Assembly: GCA_029855935.1 (NCBI GenBank)
Contig: JAGSHN010000004.1
Location: 32,001-96,000, forward strand
Direction of reading: 5' to 3'
Origin: Candidatus Thorarchaeota archaeon
GTDB taxonomy: Archaea > Asgardarchaeota > Thorarchaeia > Thorarchaeales > Thorarchaeaceae
DNA length: 64,000 bases
The notes under the pieces are model-generated. The model did not search any database. It was not told where the DNA came from and saw only the letters and a list, made by a program, of their open reading frames with translations. Of this stretch, positions 1 to 10,112 are shown piece after piece (positions within the stretch are counted from its first letter, which is position 1; every line of letters begins with the position of its first letter). A program made the position numbers and the translations under genes.

Positions 1-132
1 GTGGGAGAGGCGCTGTTTGTGGGAGAGGTCGTGTCTGTACCCACTTTCGTAAAGATAAGGCGCCGCAAGATAGAGCCACAGGGAGTGGGTAGTGACCTCC
101 TTGAGGCCCTCAAGGCAGCCGACCGGGCCTGA
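1..132 (+). CDS. C-terminal end of a HerA/DUF87-like P-loop ATPase (partial, starts before the window)
   Basis: Frame 1 reads VGEALFVGEVVSVPTFVKIRRRKIEPQGVGSDLLEALKAADRA*, resembling the HerA-family C-terminal GEA..VG...P..VKI pattern; not in the ORF track. Confidence 0.55.
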   Translation: MGEALFVGEVVSVPTFVKIRRRKIEPQGVGSDLLEALKAADRA

Positions 133-199
133 TACCACAACAACACTCAAGAGCAATTGGAGTGACCTGGAGGACGGTAAACAGCGGTGGGTACCAGCC

Positions 200-772
200 G
201 TGGCTGAACGCAGACTTGAGGACATAGACGGACTCATCGATCGGATTCAGACGGGACTCGTCGAACTCTTTGATCTCTTCCGCGAGCTGAGAAGACAGCT
301 CCACATAGCCAGCGCCGCTGCAGGAAGGGGTGCGCGGTCGGTGGCGACAGGACAGAGAGAGACAGCCGCACGGCAACCGGGTGTTGCTGGAACGGCATCA
401 CAGAGTCGAGGCAACAACACAGGATCGCACCCAGAAACCACACGGTATTCGACTCAAGGAACAAGAGGCGTAGCGACACCACCAATCTCGCGTAAGACGC
501 TGATCAACAAGGTACTTGACATGTTTGCACGGCATGTCGAGGCGGCTGATGCCGTCGCTAGTGTTCTGGCGCGGGAGCTGGAACGTGCCAGAGCCACACT
601 GATAACGCCCGAGTATCCCAACGAGAGTGTGGCAGGAGATATGGCCATAGTGCTCCGATTCCTCCGGGCCCGTGGAGAGAGAGGAATCAGACCTCAAGAG
701 AGGGACAACATACTTCAGAGGATACACCGGTGGAAGATGCACCTCATTGCTGATGCGACTCGTGGCCAGTGA
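200..772 (+). CDS. hypothetical protein (N-terminal coiled coil, low-complexity linker, helical C-terminal domain)
   Basis: ORF 92..772; GTG at 200 follows GGTGG and avoids overlap with the upstream gene. Confidence 0.6.
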   Translation: MAERRLEDIDGLIDRIQTGLVELFDLFRELRRQLHIASAAAGRGARSVATGQRETAARQPGVAGTASQSRGNNTGSHPETTRYSTQGTRGVATPPISRKTLINKVLDMFARHVEAADAVASVLARELERARATLITPEYPNESVAGDMAIVLRFLRARGERGIRPQERDNILQRIHRWKMHLIADATRGQ

Positions 773-798
773 CAGAGATATATGCTGGCCACAAAACA

Positions 799-1116
799 CT
801 ACTCAAGGTCGATAATTATTCGCTTCACCTTGGTACGGGAGAGTTTCTTCAATCCGTGCTGACCGGGCTCGTATCGACAGTCCAGAAGACCAGCCTCGGC
901 CAATATCTTGATCTGGGCACTTGCATTGGCCTCAGTGCCCCCGAGGTGCCGTGCAACACGGGTGACATCATTCTCACTGTGGAGCAGTAGTTTGAGAATC
1001 TTCAGACGGGTGCCTGATGACAGGGCTCGTCCAATGCGCAGAATTGCCTCATCGCTATTCACGTGCAGTGTTTCTGACAGTGGTAACACCTCGCTTTGAC
1101 TATTGGGATTGCTCAA
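799..1116 (-). CDS. ArsR/SmtB-family winged-helix transcriptional regulator
   Basis: RALSSGTRLKILKLL...VARHLG.TEANASAQIKIL.EAGLL pattern. Confidence 0.85.
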   Translation of the reverse strand: MSNPNSQSEVLPLSETLHVNSDEAILRIGRALSSGTRLKILKLLLHSENDVTRVARHLGGTEANASAQIKILAEAGLLDCRYEPGQHGLKKLSRTKVKRIIIDLE

Positions 1117-1242
1117 GTATCCCTTTATTATAGTTGCCGTTTAGTATAGCATAAAAATGGTCGTCTTTGCCAATGGCGCCAATAGCCTCATATCAAATCT
1201 TATAGGTGTACTGATGCACATCTCACGTGAGAGCTGAGGCTA

Positions 1243-3285
1243 ATGCCAGATGACGCTGGCCATGAATTTATCATCGGCTTCGATATCCTTCCTTCTCACA
1301 GTCCTCGCTCCAAGAGCACGCCGAAGTTCGCCTGCGCCGTGATGCGTGACGGTATACTACTGACCGACTACGATGAGATCTCCCGGAGGCAGTTGCTCGG
1401 CCTCGTGAGGGAGATTGAGCCGGTGTATCTTGCGACCGACAATATATTCGAAATCGTCCCGGACACCAAGACAGTGTTCAGATTCATAGACCGACTGCCA
1501 CCAGTAACAAGGCTTGTTCAAGTGACAGGAATACCTCCGCATCAGACATCTCTCAAGAGCCTGGCCCGGCGATACCGGATACCCTTTCGTGGCAAGCCTA
1601 CACCGCTGGAGAGTGCAAGAGCCGCCGCCAAGCTTGCCTCTATGGGTGTTGGGTACTCACTGGAGTGCTTTGGAGAACAGACCGAGATAAAGGTCACACG
1701 TGGTCGAAAGATGGGACGTGGCGGCCAGAGCGCCAACCGCTATCGTAGAAAGCTGCACTCTGAGATCCAGCAGATGACGAGGTACATCGAGCAACAGCTC
1801 AGGGGGGCAGAGATAGACTATGATGTTGATGTCAGGGCCTCGGACTATGGATATGCCAGTTCGAGGATAGTCGCGTATGCACCACTACCAGTCATCAGCG
1901 GGCTCGTCGAGAGCAAGAGGGGTGGCGACTTCAATGTGATAGTGTCGCCAGTACGAAAACGGGTCGAGTTCTTGCCACTTGAGCCCAAGGCGGTGCCCGC
2001 AGATGTGCATCCACGGTACTTCATAATGGGCATCGACCCGGGGACGACCGCCGCGGTCTGCCTCCTGACCTTCGAGGGGAAGGTGCATCTGCTTCAGAGC
2101 AAGAAGGGTCTGACTAGAGCAGACATAATTCGAACGGTCTACGAGGAGGGGGTACCCGTGCTAGTTGCCACGGACACAACACCTGTTCCACACTTCGTGA
2201 AGAAGATTGCGGGGACACTCAATGCTGAACTGTTCGTGCCAAACAAGCCCATTCCCGTGGTCGAGAAGCAGGAACTTGCAAGAAGTTTCTCAAGCTCGGT
2301 AAGAATCTCGAACTCCCATGAGAGGGACGCGCTCACGGCTGCCGTCTATGCATATCGGAGCGTCTTACCGAAGCTGCAACAGATAGACCATAGAGTCCGC
2401 GAGGAACGATTGCCAATTGACCGAAACCATCTGAAGGCCCTAGTACTGAAGGGTATGCCGATGAACGAGGCGATCGCGCGACTCACTCAGGAGGAGGCGG
2501 AGGTCGTGGAGGTGGCTCCGGCACAGGAGACCGACCACGAAACAGAGGAGGTCCTCTCGGTTGAGAGGATGGATGCCCTGAAACAGAGGATTGCTCAGCT
2601 GGAGACGGAAAACGCAGTACTGACCGAGAAGATAGAGGACCTGAAGAGACTGGTTGAATATCACAAGTTTCGTGAGAGTGAGCTGGCGTACAGCCTTGAG
2701 ATTGTCAATAGAGAGAACTATTGGCGCATCAAGAGGGATCGCGAGGTCGCCAAGAAGAACGCAGAGCTGCAGAAGGCACGACGAGAGATAAGGTCACTGC
2801 AGAAAAGGATACGGGGTCTGTACGAACGTCTGGAGCGTCTGCGGGGCGTGAAACGCCTTGAGATACGGGGCGACAAGATTGCCATCAAGACAATCCCACA
2901 CTTTACGAAGGAGAGCATCGAGGAGTATGCTCAGAAGGTGGGAATACGACGGGGCGACATCGTGCTGTTCGAGGATGCAAGTGGTGGAGGACCGCAGACT
3001 GCAGGACTGATAATTGATCGTGGAGTGAGAGCCATCATAGTGGACACGCCCCTGTCGCATCTGGCTGAGGAGGAGCTCGTACGGGCGACCATCCCGGTCA
3101 TCAATGCCAGTGAGGTCGAGCTTCAGAGAGTGGACGAGTTCGCCTTTATCGACAGGAAAAAGTTCGAACGGCAGTTGCGAGGATTCATGAGGGAGGCAAG
3201 GGAACGCGCTCGACAGAGGGGAGAGGAGCATCTCATCGAGCTCATCGAGCAGTATAGACTCAGGTCACAGGAGGACCCGTACTGA
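1243..3285 (+). CDS. DUF460 / COG2433 protein (RNase H-like folds plus long coiled coil)
   Basis: IIGFDI, LATDNIFE, GRGGQSANRYRR, IMGIDPGTT, HERDALTAA motifs; C-terminal coiled coil. Confidence 0.85.
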   Translation: MPDDAGHEFIIGFDILPSHSPRSKSTPKFACAVMRDGILLTDYDEISRRQLLGLVREIEPVYLATDNIFEIVPDTKTVFRFIDRLPPVTRLVQVTGIPPHQTSLKSLARRYRIPFRGKPTPLESARAAAKLASMGVGYSLECFGEQTEIKVTRGRKMGRGGQSANRYRRKLHSEIQQMTRYIEQQLRGAEIDYDVDVRASDYGYASSRIVAYAPLPVISGLVESKRGGDFNVIVSPVRKRVEFLPLEPKAVPADVHPRYFIMGIDPGTTAAVCLLTFEGKVHLLQSKKGLTRADIIRTVYEEGVPVLVATDTTPVPHFVKKIAGTLNAELFVPNKPIPVVEKQELARSFSSSVRISNSHERDALTAAVYAYRSVLPKLQQIDHRVREERLPIDRNHLKALVLKGMPMNEAIARLTQEEAEVVEVAPAQETDHETEEVLSVERMDALKQRIAQLETENAVLTEKIEDLKRLVEYHKFRESELAYSLEIVNRENYWRIKRDREVAKKNAELQKARREIRSLQKRIRGLYERLERLRGVKRLEIRGDKIAIKTIPHFTKESIEEYAQKVGIRRGDIVLFEDASGGGPQTAGLIIDRGVRAIIVDTPLSHLAEEELVRATIPVINASEVELQRVDEFAFIDRKKFERQLRGFMREARERARQRGEEHLIELIEQYRLRSQEDPY

Positions 3286-3315
3286 CCTGCTGATACTCTA
3301 CCGCGGCCGGAGTTG

Positions 3316-3546
3316 TCATTCCGGAATCTGGATCCAGAGAATGTTGTTTCCACGAATCAATACGGAACCGTACTTTGCACGAGTCTCCTCGCCCTCAAGC
3401 TCTTCAGCGTCGCTCAGAGTGAGGTTCATGTACACGTCACATCGCGTGAGACGACCGCGAAAGACCCGCTGATCCTTCAGCTTGATGGACACAATCTCGT
3501 CAATCATCGACTCAAGAGCCTTGATGGGCATCTGCTCACTCGACAC
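3316..3546 (-). CDS. Sm-like (Lsm/SmAP) protein
   Basis: Sm1 (IKLKDQRVFRGRLTRCDVYMNLTLSDA) and Sm2 (YGSVLIRGNNI) motifs; GTG start at 3546 with upstream GTGAGG. Confidence 0.92.
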   Translation of the reverse strand: MSSEQMPIKALESMIDEIVSIKLKDQRVFRGRLTRCDVYMNLTLSDAEELEGEETRAKYGSVLIRGNNILWIQIPE

Positions 3547-3779
3547 AGGTCTTTCCTCACAGGCAAGCCCCGTTGGGGGGATTATAAACTCTTTGTTACG
3601 CGGAGCGGGGTGGACCTGATTCGAGGTATCATAGACATCGTGATAGGTGTCAATGCAATCACAAGACCATCTCGTTGAGGTGCCAGAGGCGTTGGTGCGT
3701 GGATCGTCCACCCAGGATGGCCGTGTTCAGTCAATATTAAGAGGGGAGCCCGGCTAGAGATGGACGGGTCTGTGTTGAG

Positions 3780-4772
3780 ATGACGCTGATGTGTCTAGGC
3801 CTTGAGGGGACCGCCCATTCATTCGGCGCCGGTGTAGTCACGGATGACGGCAAGGTTCTATCTAACGTATGGGACATGCTGTCACCTAGGGAGGGCGGGA
3901 TTCATCCACGCGAGGCCAGTAGACATCACGCTGAACTTGGTCCCTCAATCGTGAAACAGGCTATTGAGAAGGCAGGAGTCCAGCCGCAGGACGTAGACTT
4001 GATTGCCTTCTCGCGTGGACCAGGTCTCGGCCCCTGTCTTCGTGTGACTGCCACAATCGCCCGAACCCTCTCGCTACATCTGGGCGTCCCGCTGGTGGGA
4101 GTGAATCACTGTGTGGCGCATGTGGAGATAGGGTGTCTCGAGTCGGGATTCCAAGACCCTGTGACGGTATACGTGTCAGGAGGAAACACTCAGATCATCG
4201 CCTTTGCCGGACAGCGGTTCCGAACCTTTGGCGAAACACTCGACATCGCAATCGGCAACATGCTAGACACGCTCGGCCGTGAGATCGGGATGCGCTTTCC
4301 CGCAGGACCAACCATTGAGCGCGAGGCGAGAAGAGGGGAGAGATATTATCAGCTTCCATACTCGGTGAAAGGAATGGACCTGAGCTATTCGGGGATGCTC
4401 ACTGCAGCCAAGCGACTATATCAAGAGGGAATCCCTATACCGGACATCTGTCACAGCGTCCAAGAAACTGCCTTTGGCATGCTCGCGGAGATAGCAGAGC
4501 GTGCGATAGCACACACAAAGAAGAGAGAACTCCTTCTCACGGGTGGTGTGGCTCGCAACAACAGACTCACCGAGATACTCAAGGGAGTGGCACAACGACA
4601 CAGTGCGAGATTTCACAGGGTATCGCCACCGCTTGCAGGCGACCAAGGAGCTATGATAGCGTGGACTGGCATCCTGCAGTTCAAAGCGGGGGATCATCTT
4701 CAAGTGCCCGAGTCGCACGTCCTACCGAAATGGAGGACTGACGAGCAGGACATCATATGGAGGAGGGGGTAG
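3780..4772 (+). CDS. kae1: tRNA N6-adenosine threonylcarbamoyltransferase, KEOPS Kae1
   Basis: LGLEGTAH, GGIHPREA, VNHCVAHVEIG, YVSGGNTQ, GETLDIAIGN. Confidence 0.97.
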   Translation: MTLMCLGLEGTAHSFGAGVVTDDGKVLSNVWDMLSPREGGIHPREASRHHAELGPSIVKQAIEKAGVQPQDVDLIAFSRGPGLGPCLRVTATIARTLSLHLGVPLVGVNHCVAHVEIGCLESGFQDPVTVYVSGGNTQIIAFAGQRFRTFGETLDIAIGNMLDTLGREIGMRFPAGPTIEREARRGERYYQLPYSVKGMDLSYSGMLTAAKRLYQEGIPIPDICHSVQETAFGMLAEIAERAIAHTKKRELLLTGGVARNNRLTEILKGVAQRHSARFHRVSPPLAGDQGAMIAWTGILQFKAGDHLQVPESHVLPKWRTDEQDIIWRRG

Positions 4773-4774
4773 GC

Positions 4775-5407
4775 GTGGTGAACGAGGAGATCTGGGCACT
4801 CGGGGCAGAGTCGGTGATTCTCAGAGTCAGAAGATGGGGGCGAACACTCATCGAGAAGAGAAGGAGGGCAAAGCCGTACCTGCTGCCAGAGATAGACTCC
4901 CTACTGAGGCGCCAGAGAACAAACAGAGAGTGCAGGATGCTCAACCGTGTGAGGAGGCTCGGTGTGCGCGCCCCAACCGTATACGCTGTTGACTGGTCAA
5001 GCTACTCGATTCTTATGGACTTTGTACAGGGAGAGCAGCTCAAGGTCATTGCTCAGACGTGTTCAGATGACGACTTGATGGACCTATGCAAGGAGTTTGG
5101 ACGGATGCTGGGGCTCCTTCACACAGGCGGTGTTGTCCACGGTGACCCCACAACAAGCAACATCATTGTCGACCCGCAACGGAGGCTCTGGCTCGTGGAC
5201 TTTGGCCTCGCGGAATGGAACGCAACAGTGGAGATGATGGCCGTCGACTTGCACCTTGTGCGTCGAACACTGGAAACCACACATTGGGATCGACAGGAGA
5301 TTATGCTCGACGCGGTACTGCAGGGATACTGGGATCAGATGGCCAGCTCGGCAGACGAGATACTCAGCAGGATGGAGGAGATAAGGGAACGCGGGAGATA
5401 CCACTAG
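4775..5407 (+). CDS. bud32: KEOPS kinase/ATPase Bud32
   Basis: GAES, KRRRAKPY, HGDPTTSN, DFGL; directly follows kae1. Confidence 0.95.
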   Translation: MVNEEIWALGAESVILRVRRWGRTLIEKRRRAKPYLLPEIDSLLRRQRTNRECRMLNRVRRLGVRAPTVYAVDWSSYSILMDFVQGEQLKVIAQTCSDDDLMDLCKEFGRMLGLLHTGGVVHGDPTTSNIIVDPQRRLWLVDFGLAEWNATVEMMAVDLHLVRRTLETTHWDRQEIMLDAVLQGYWDQMASSADEILSRMEEIRERGRYH

Positions 5408-5473
5408 TCTGGCAGTGCGGCTCAGCCATCGGGAGTGATTCGGCCCTCGATTTGCCTGTTGACGGGGCCACAC

Positions 5474-5487
5474 GATAACGTTTATAT
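5474..5487 (+). promoter_or_regulatory. BRE/TATA promoter candidate for rps15
   Basis: GATAACG-TTTATAT about 60 nt upstream of the ATG. Confidence 0.5.
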
Positions 5488-5549
5488 CAGCACGCTAAGG
5501 CGGAGGGGAAGACTCGCTCCTCCACAAACCCTGTGAGAGAGGAACGCCT

Positions 5550-6005
5550 ATGGCAAGAATGCATACAAGACGCAAGGGTCAGTCTGGGAGTAGAAGGCCG
5601 TCCGCCCTACGTGTCCCTGAGTGGTTGGATAAGGACGCGGAATGGGTGGAGAAGAAGGTCATAGAACTTGCAAAGGCAGGTAACTCCCCCTCTATGATAG
5701 GTCTCATAATGAGGGATCAGTATGGAGTCCCGCTGGTGAAGGTTGTCACAGGTAAGTCGATTCTGACAATTCTAAAGGAGAACAATCTGGAGTACCGGGT
5801 CCCAGAAGATCTGCGCAATCTCATCAGAAAGGCAACAGTGATTCGCAGGCATATGGAGGAACACAGAAAGGACTTCGTCTCAAAGAGAGCCCTTCAGTTG
5901 ATTGAGAGCAAGATTCACAGACTGTCTAAGTACTATAGACGAAAGGGCGTTCTGCCAGCTGACTGGAAGTACTCACCCGACCAGGCAGCAGTCCTACTGC
6001 GGTAG
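5550..6005 (+). CDS. rps15: 30S ribosomal protein uS15 (S15P/S13e)
   Basis: MARMHTRRKGQSGSRRP, PSMIGLIMRDQYGVP, ESKIHRLSKYY. Confidence 0.98.
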   Translation: MARMHTRRKGQSGSRRPSALRVPEWLDKDAEWVEKKVIELAKAGNSPSMIGLIMRDQYGVPLVKVVTGKSILTILKENNLEYRVPEDLRNLIRKATVIRRHMEEHRKDFVSKRALQLIESKIHRLSKYYRRKGVLPADWKYSPDQAAVLLR

Positions 6006-6074
6006 TCATTTCGATTGGTATCCCCCACTTGGGACGCCATCTTTATCTATATGACAACTCAACGGGCAGGAGAG

Positions 6075-7373
6075 ATGGAAGACCTGCTCAGATTCCCAGG
6101 GTTGTCATCGCTCAGAGACGCCTGTAGGGATATCTCGTTCAGTGCGGATGAGGGCGCACTGCTCATCGTGTCGAGGGATTGCGAGGCCGTTCTTGGAGGG
6201 GCCATTCTCACGAGCGCCCTGTATCGCAGTAACAAGATGGTTCAGGTGACTTTTGTCGAGCCGGTGGTGACCGCGGATGCCCTGCAGAAAATAATAGAGA
6301 GGCGTCATTTCAAAGATGTACTTGTAGTCGGGCTAGATGTGACTGGCACGCTTGAGTCGAAGGACGGTCACACATGCATTGGTGTAGGAACAAGTGCAGA
6401 GGAACTTGATGTAGCCCTTGGAGATACCAGCACTGTGATACCAGCATCGACCGTCTTCTCGATTGAGAAACTGGGGGCTGATCGATACGAGGGGCGAATT
6501 GCTGCCATGAGTGCCGCCGCTGTGGCAATGATAAGGAGTCCCGATGATGTATTGAGGGAGATTATGGACGGCGCTATCAGCGAGGGGATTCTCAATGAGA
6601 GCCGTGCATTCAGGCTGTACGGGACGAACTTTATGCCTCCTCGTGAATGCCTCCAGTACTCGGTCTGGCCGTATCTGAGAGGGATAACTGGGAACCGGGA
6701 GGAGTGCGAGAGGATACTTGAGGAGGCTGACGTCCCGCTGGCCCAACGTGGTTCGCCTCTTGAGAAACTCAGCAAGGAGGTCAAACAACGTATTGTATCG
6801 ACACTGGTACCACGCGTGAATGTGGACCTCCTTCCGCTAGTCGTCGGACCGAACTTCGAGGTCACTGGAGAGCGGCCCACCTCTCCTCTACGATGGGCCT
6901 CTAATATCGCGGTTCTGATGAGAACGGTGTGGATGGAACGGAGAGAGGGCCTTGGTCTTGCCGTGTGGATAGGGGATCGCGCGAGGTCGCTACGTATGCT
7001 GATGGATCTACAGGCAGAACACTCAGCATCCGTCGTCGATGCCATTGCACAGATTGAGCAGACTGTGAACGAGGGCGAAGTGGCAGTTGAGGGGCGAGTG
7101 GCAGTTGTCAGGTCACATGAAGTGAGCCCCGCAGTCCTCAGTGAGTGCGCTGTGATTCTGGCTCGAGATACTATGAGTGAATACGACTACACCATTCTGA
7201 CCTCTGACCAAGCGATTGCTGTGGCCTGGAGGCCAGGGGCCGTGGCATTGATTGACCTAGTGAAACGGATGCAGTCAGCTGGACTCGACCCCATCACAAC
7301 TGCAGAGTCGGCTGTGGTGCTGATGGGGGCGGCGGATAGGTCACTGCTGTTGGAGATGCTCAAGTCGGAATAG
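6075..7373 (+). CDS. GAN/Cdc45-type RecJ (DHH) homologue with degenerate catalytic motifs
   Basis: Lies between rps15 and pcc1, as GAN does in many archaea; GAN-like segment LYGTNFMPPRECLQYSVWPYLRGITGNREEC; no DxDG, DHH or GGGH motif. Confidence 0.7.
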   Translation: MEDLLRFPGLSSLRDACRDISFSADEGALLIVSRDCEAVLGGAILTSALYRSNKMVQVTFVEPVVTADALQKIIERRHFKDVLVVGLDVTGTLESKDGHTCIGVGTSAEELDVALGDTSTVIPASTVFSIEKLGADRYEGRIAAMSAAAVAMIRSPDDVLREIMDGAISEGILNESRAFRLYGTNFMPPRECLQYSVWPYLRGITGNREECERILEEADVPLAQRGSPLEKLSKEVKQRIVSTLVPRVNVDLLPLVVGPNFEVTGERPTSPLRWASNIAVLMRTVWMERREGLGLAVWIGDRARSLRMLMDLQAEHSASVVDAIAQIEQTVNEGEVAVEGRVAVVRSHEVSPAVLSECAVILARDTMSEYDYTILTSDQAIAVAWRPGAVALIDLVKRMQSAGLDPITTAESAVVLMGAADRSLLLEMLKSE

Positions 7374-7389
7374 AGGAGGGGAGCAGGGG

Positions 7390-7659
7390 GTGATGAGAGG
7401 GACAGTCCGGCTGGAGTTTGGAAATCGCAGAGTGGCCGAACAGGTGCATACTGCGATTAGTCCTGATAACAGACCACTGCCATCAGACCTTGTGATTGAG
7501 TCGAAACTCATGGGGGACGTGATAGAGATAACAGTCTCCACTGCGGCGGGCACGCCACGCCTCATGGCAACTCTGGAGGACCTCCTCAGCTCCGTTGACC
7601 TTGCACTGCGGACAATCTCTGAGGTGGCAACAGAGAGCGACTCAGACCAGGGGTCGTGA
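7390..7659 (+). CDS. pcc1: KEOPS subunit Pcc1
   Basis: 89 aa; AISPDN...RLMATLEDLLSSV pattern; conserved position. Confidence 0.85.
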   Translation: MMRGTVRLEFGNRRVAEQVHTAISPDNRPLPSDLVIESKLMGDVIEITVSTAAGTPRLMATLEDLLSSVDLALRTISEVATESDSDQGS

Positions 7660-7675
7660 GAGACACAACGAAGAC

Positions 7676-9145
7676 CTAGAGAGACTCGGACCCCTCGATG
7701 TCGTTGACAAACCGAGCGTATATCTCCTCGGCCTTCGTAATCGCCTGAGCCGCCATCTTCTCTGTGATGAAGCCCCTGTCCACAGCACGTTGAAGTAGAT
7801 GCTGGTCAATGATTCGCACATCGCCGCGATCTGGGACCCTGATCACGTCGATCTCAAGGTCGACATAACGAATCCGGCTTGGTCCACTACCATTAGGCGG
7901 GTAGATCTCGACACCAGTATTGATGTTCACGTACGTGCCTCTCATCTTTCCGGTTCGGGAGTAGTAGTCAGTAACAAGGATGGGTGAGCCAGCAATGGCA
8001 TGAGTTATGGCATAGTCACCCTCACCACGAAAGACGCGGACCTTGCCAAGATCATCATGATTCAACTTCAGCTTCCGGTCAGTATGGCGAAATTGCCTGC
8101 GAATCACTACCATATTTGGCTTAGACTCCACAACGCGCCCGCGAACCAGTATTATGTTCCGACCATCCAGTTTGACATGTTCTATGTTGATTGGGTCGTT
8201 CTCTCGGGGCATATCCCTCTGGATGACACGCTCAAGCCTCGACGTAATGTAGTTGCGCTGATCAGGACGCTCCTCGATGAGCATCTCGGCAAAATCGACA
8301 AGGGCGGAATAGCCGGCACTCTTGTAGAAGTGATGATGCCTGATTGTGGGCTCGATTCTTGAGCGGGCACGGTCCAAGGCCTCCTTGACCTCTGACGGAA
8401 ACTCGATGTCGGCATTGCTTGTCCCCTCAAGAAGGAGAAGAGGACCCTCCGCATCCTGGAAGCGGCTGTACACGTTCTGAGCGATGTCCAGCAGATCGTC
8501 CACCTCATTCCTCAGCTCCTCATCGGTCAGGCGCTCCGCAGCAGTGCGCCACAGTATCCCCCAGTTGTCGGTATACTCACGAATCTTCCGACCAAGAAGA
8601 ATCAGACGCCTACGGGCGCTGGTCCCCTTGATCTTCGTACTAATCTTCACAACGGGCTCGTCAGGAAGAAGAACCGCCGAACGCCCGGGAATTGTGATTG
8701 TTGTGGATAGCAGAGGCGACTTGCGACCATAGTCGTGTGCCTTGACTTGAACCATGACAGGAGCCCCCTTGTCGAGGCCCTTCTCTGGCAGAAGTCCTGT
8801 GATGTCGCCGAGGTCCACCTGGGTATGGCCTGTCTTCTCATCGACACCCATCACGATGCCTCGATAGATCGAGCTCTTTGCGACACGAGGTCGCCGTACT
8901 ATCACGCCACCGAGACGCTTTCTTAACGCATCTGTGAGTTCGGAGAGGACCGAATCGTACGCGATTGCCACTATGCCCTGCAGATCACTACGGTCCCAGA
9001 TGTCGACATCCGGAACGCCATCACGATACGGGAGGCCAAACCGCATCGCGATGTCAGATGTCGGCTGGATTATCTCGAAGTGGCTCTGGAGCATTATCTG
9101 AGTGAGCGACTGCGAATAGATTCCTCTTATCCTCGCCTTTATCAT
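7676..9145 (-). CDS. fau-1: FAU-1 AU-binding ribonuclease (RNase E/G-like N-terminus plus DUF402)
   Basis: RIRGIYS, WGILWRTAA, HHFYKS, GTYVNINTGVEIYP, RYVDLEIDV. Confidence 0.9.
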   Translation of the reverse strand: MIKARIRGIYSQSLTQIMLQSHFEIIQPTSDIAMRFGLPYRDGVPDVDIWDRSDLQGIVAIAYDSVLSELTDALRKRLGGVIVRRPRVAKSSIYRGIVMGVDEKTGHTQVDLGDITGLLPEKGLDKGAPVMVQVKAHDYGRKSPLLSTTITIPGRSAVLLPDEPVVKISTKIKGTSARRRLILLGRKIREYTDNWGILWRTAAERLTDEELRNEVDDLLDIAQNVYSRFQDAEGPLLLLEGTSNADIEFPSEVKEALDRARSRIEPTIRHHHFYKSAGYSALVDFAEMLIEERPDQRNYITSRLERVIQRDMPRENDPINIEHVKLDGRNIILVRGRVVESKPNMVVIRRQFRHTDRKLKLNHDDLGKVRVFRGEGDYAITHAIAGSPILVTDYYSRTGKMRGTYVNINTGVEIYPPNGSGPSRIRYVDLEIDVIRVPDRGDVRIIDQHLLQRAVDRGFITEKMAAQAITKAEEIYARFVNDIEGSESL

Positions 9146-9237
9146 GGATACTCACTGGCCCAGAATATCACCTCCCCACCGGATGGTGGGGGCGGTGGAG
9201 TCTATCGTTTTCTGGACTGTGGCCGCAGATGCCCGCC

Positions 9238-9501
9238 TCAGTCCCGAATTGGCTCCAAGAGACTCGAAACCTGCCAGATTCGTGTTCTTGCGAAGTTTGG
9301 GCAGTTCGGGTCTTGGCTCGGTTCGTCCAGTATTGCAATCACGTTTTGGGCCCGCACCGCGGGGGACTCGGACTCGTTCTCAAGGACCGCAATGGCCTCA
9401 TTAGCCGCACGCCGGATGTTTCGGGGAACGGATGTGTTCTCAGAGATCTCCTTGAGAAGATGCTTGGAATGTTCAATACTTCTTTGTGTTTCGGCGTCCA
9501 T
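9238..9501 (-). CDS. UPF0147 family protein
   Basis: SVPRNIRRAA, DPNCPNFARTRIWQVSSLLE. Confidence 0.92.
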   Translation of the reverse strand: MDAETQRSIEHSKHLLKEISENTSVPRNIRRAANEAIAVLENESESPAVRAQNVIAILDEPSQDPNCPNFARTRIWQVSSLLEPIRD

Positions 9502-9686
9502 AGGGACTCACCTCAGAGAATTGTCTTGGCGCACCCGGACCTGGTGCTTGTAACGTGAAGACTCACCTGCTGATAACATATAGACGTTTTGATAGGAGGA
9601 ACCGCAGTAGACAGGGCGAGTGGCACCTCCAGTGAGGCTTATAGGGAGAGCCGGCCATATCACATCATTGTACGGGTGCAACAGAG

Positions 9687-10031
9687 ATGGACGAACGCGA
9701 CGACGCAGGGATTCGCAGGATGGCCGATCTCCTCAGGAGGGGGGCCACCATGCTAGCCCAGTCTTGCCCGGAGTGCGGTTCTCCCCTCATGAAGGTCGGC
9801 GATGATATCTATTGTGCGACTTGTAACCGCAGAGTCGTGTATGCGAAAGAGGGGACAGCCAGTGTCGCTGAGGATAGTACCGAACTTGCAGAACTACGAA
9901 GAACGCTCACGGACAAGCTCCGGACTGTCAATAGCCAGCTGGAGCAGGAGACCGACATCGAAGTTCTCACCAAACTGACCAACCTGATGGTCCTCCTGCT
10001 GCGCGCCCTGCGAGAACTGAGCAAGATATGA
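9687..10031 (+). CDS. UPF0148 / SSSCA1-like Zn-ribbon protein
   Basis: MADLLRRGATMLAQSCPECGSPL...YCATC plus C-terminal coiled coil. Confidence 0.9.
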   Translation: MDERDDAGIRRMADLLRRGATMLAQSCPECGSPLMKVGDDIYCATCNRRVVYAKEGTASVAEDSTELAELRRTLTDKLRTVNSQLEQETDIEVLTKLTNLMVLLLRALRELSKI

Positions 10032-10112
10032 CTGGACTCGTCACAACAGACACGGACAAAAGAAGAGAGGAGTGTGGGCCACGGGGCCCAACTCTCATAC
10101 AGATCTATGCAC

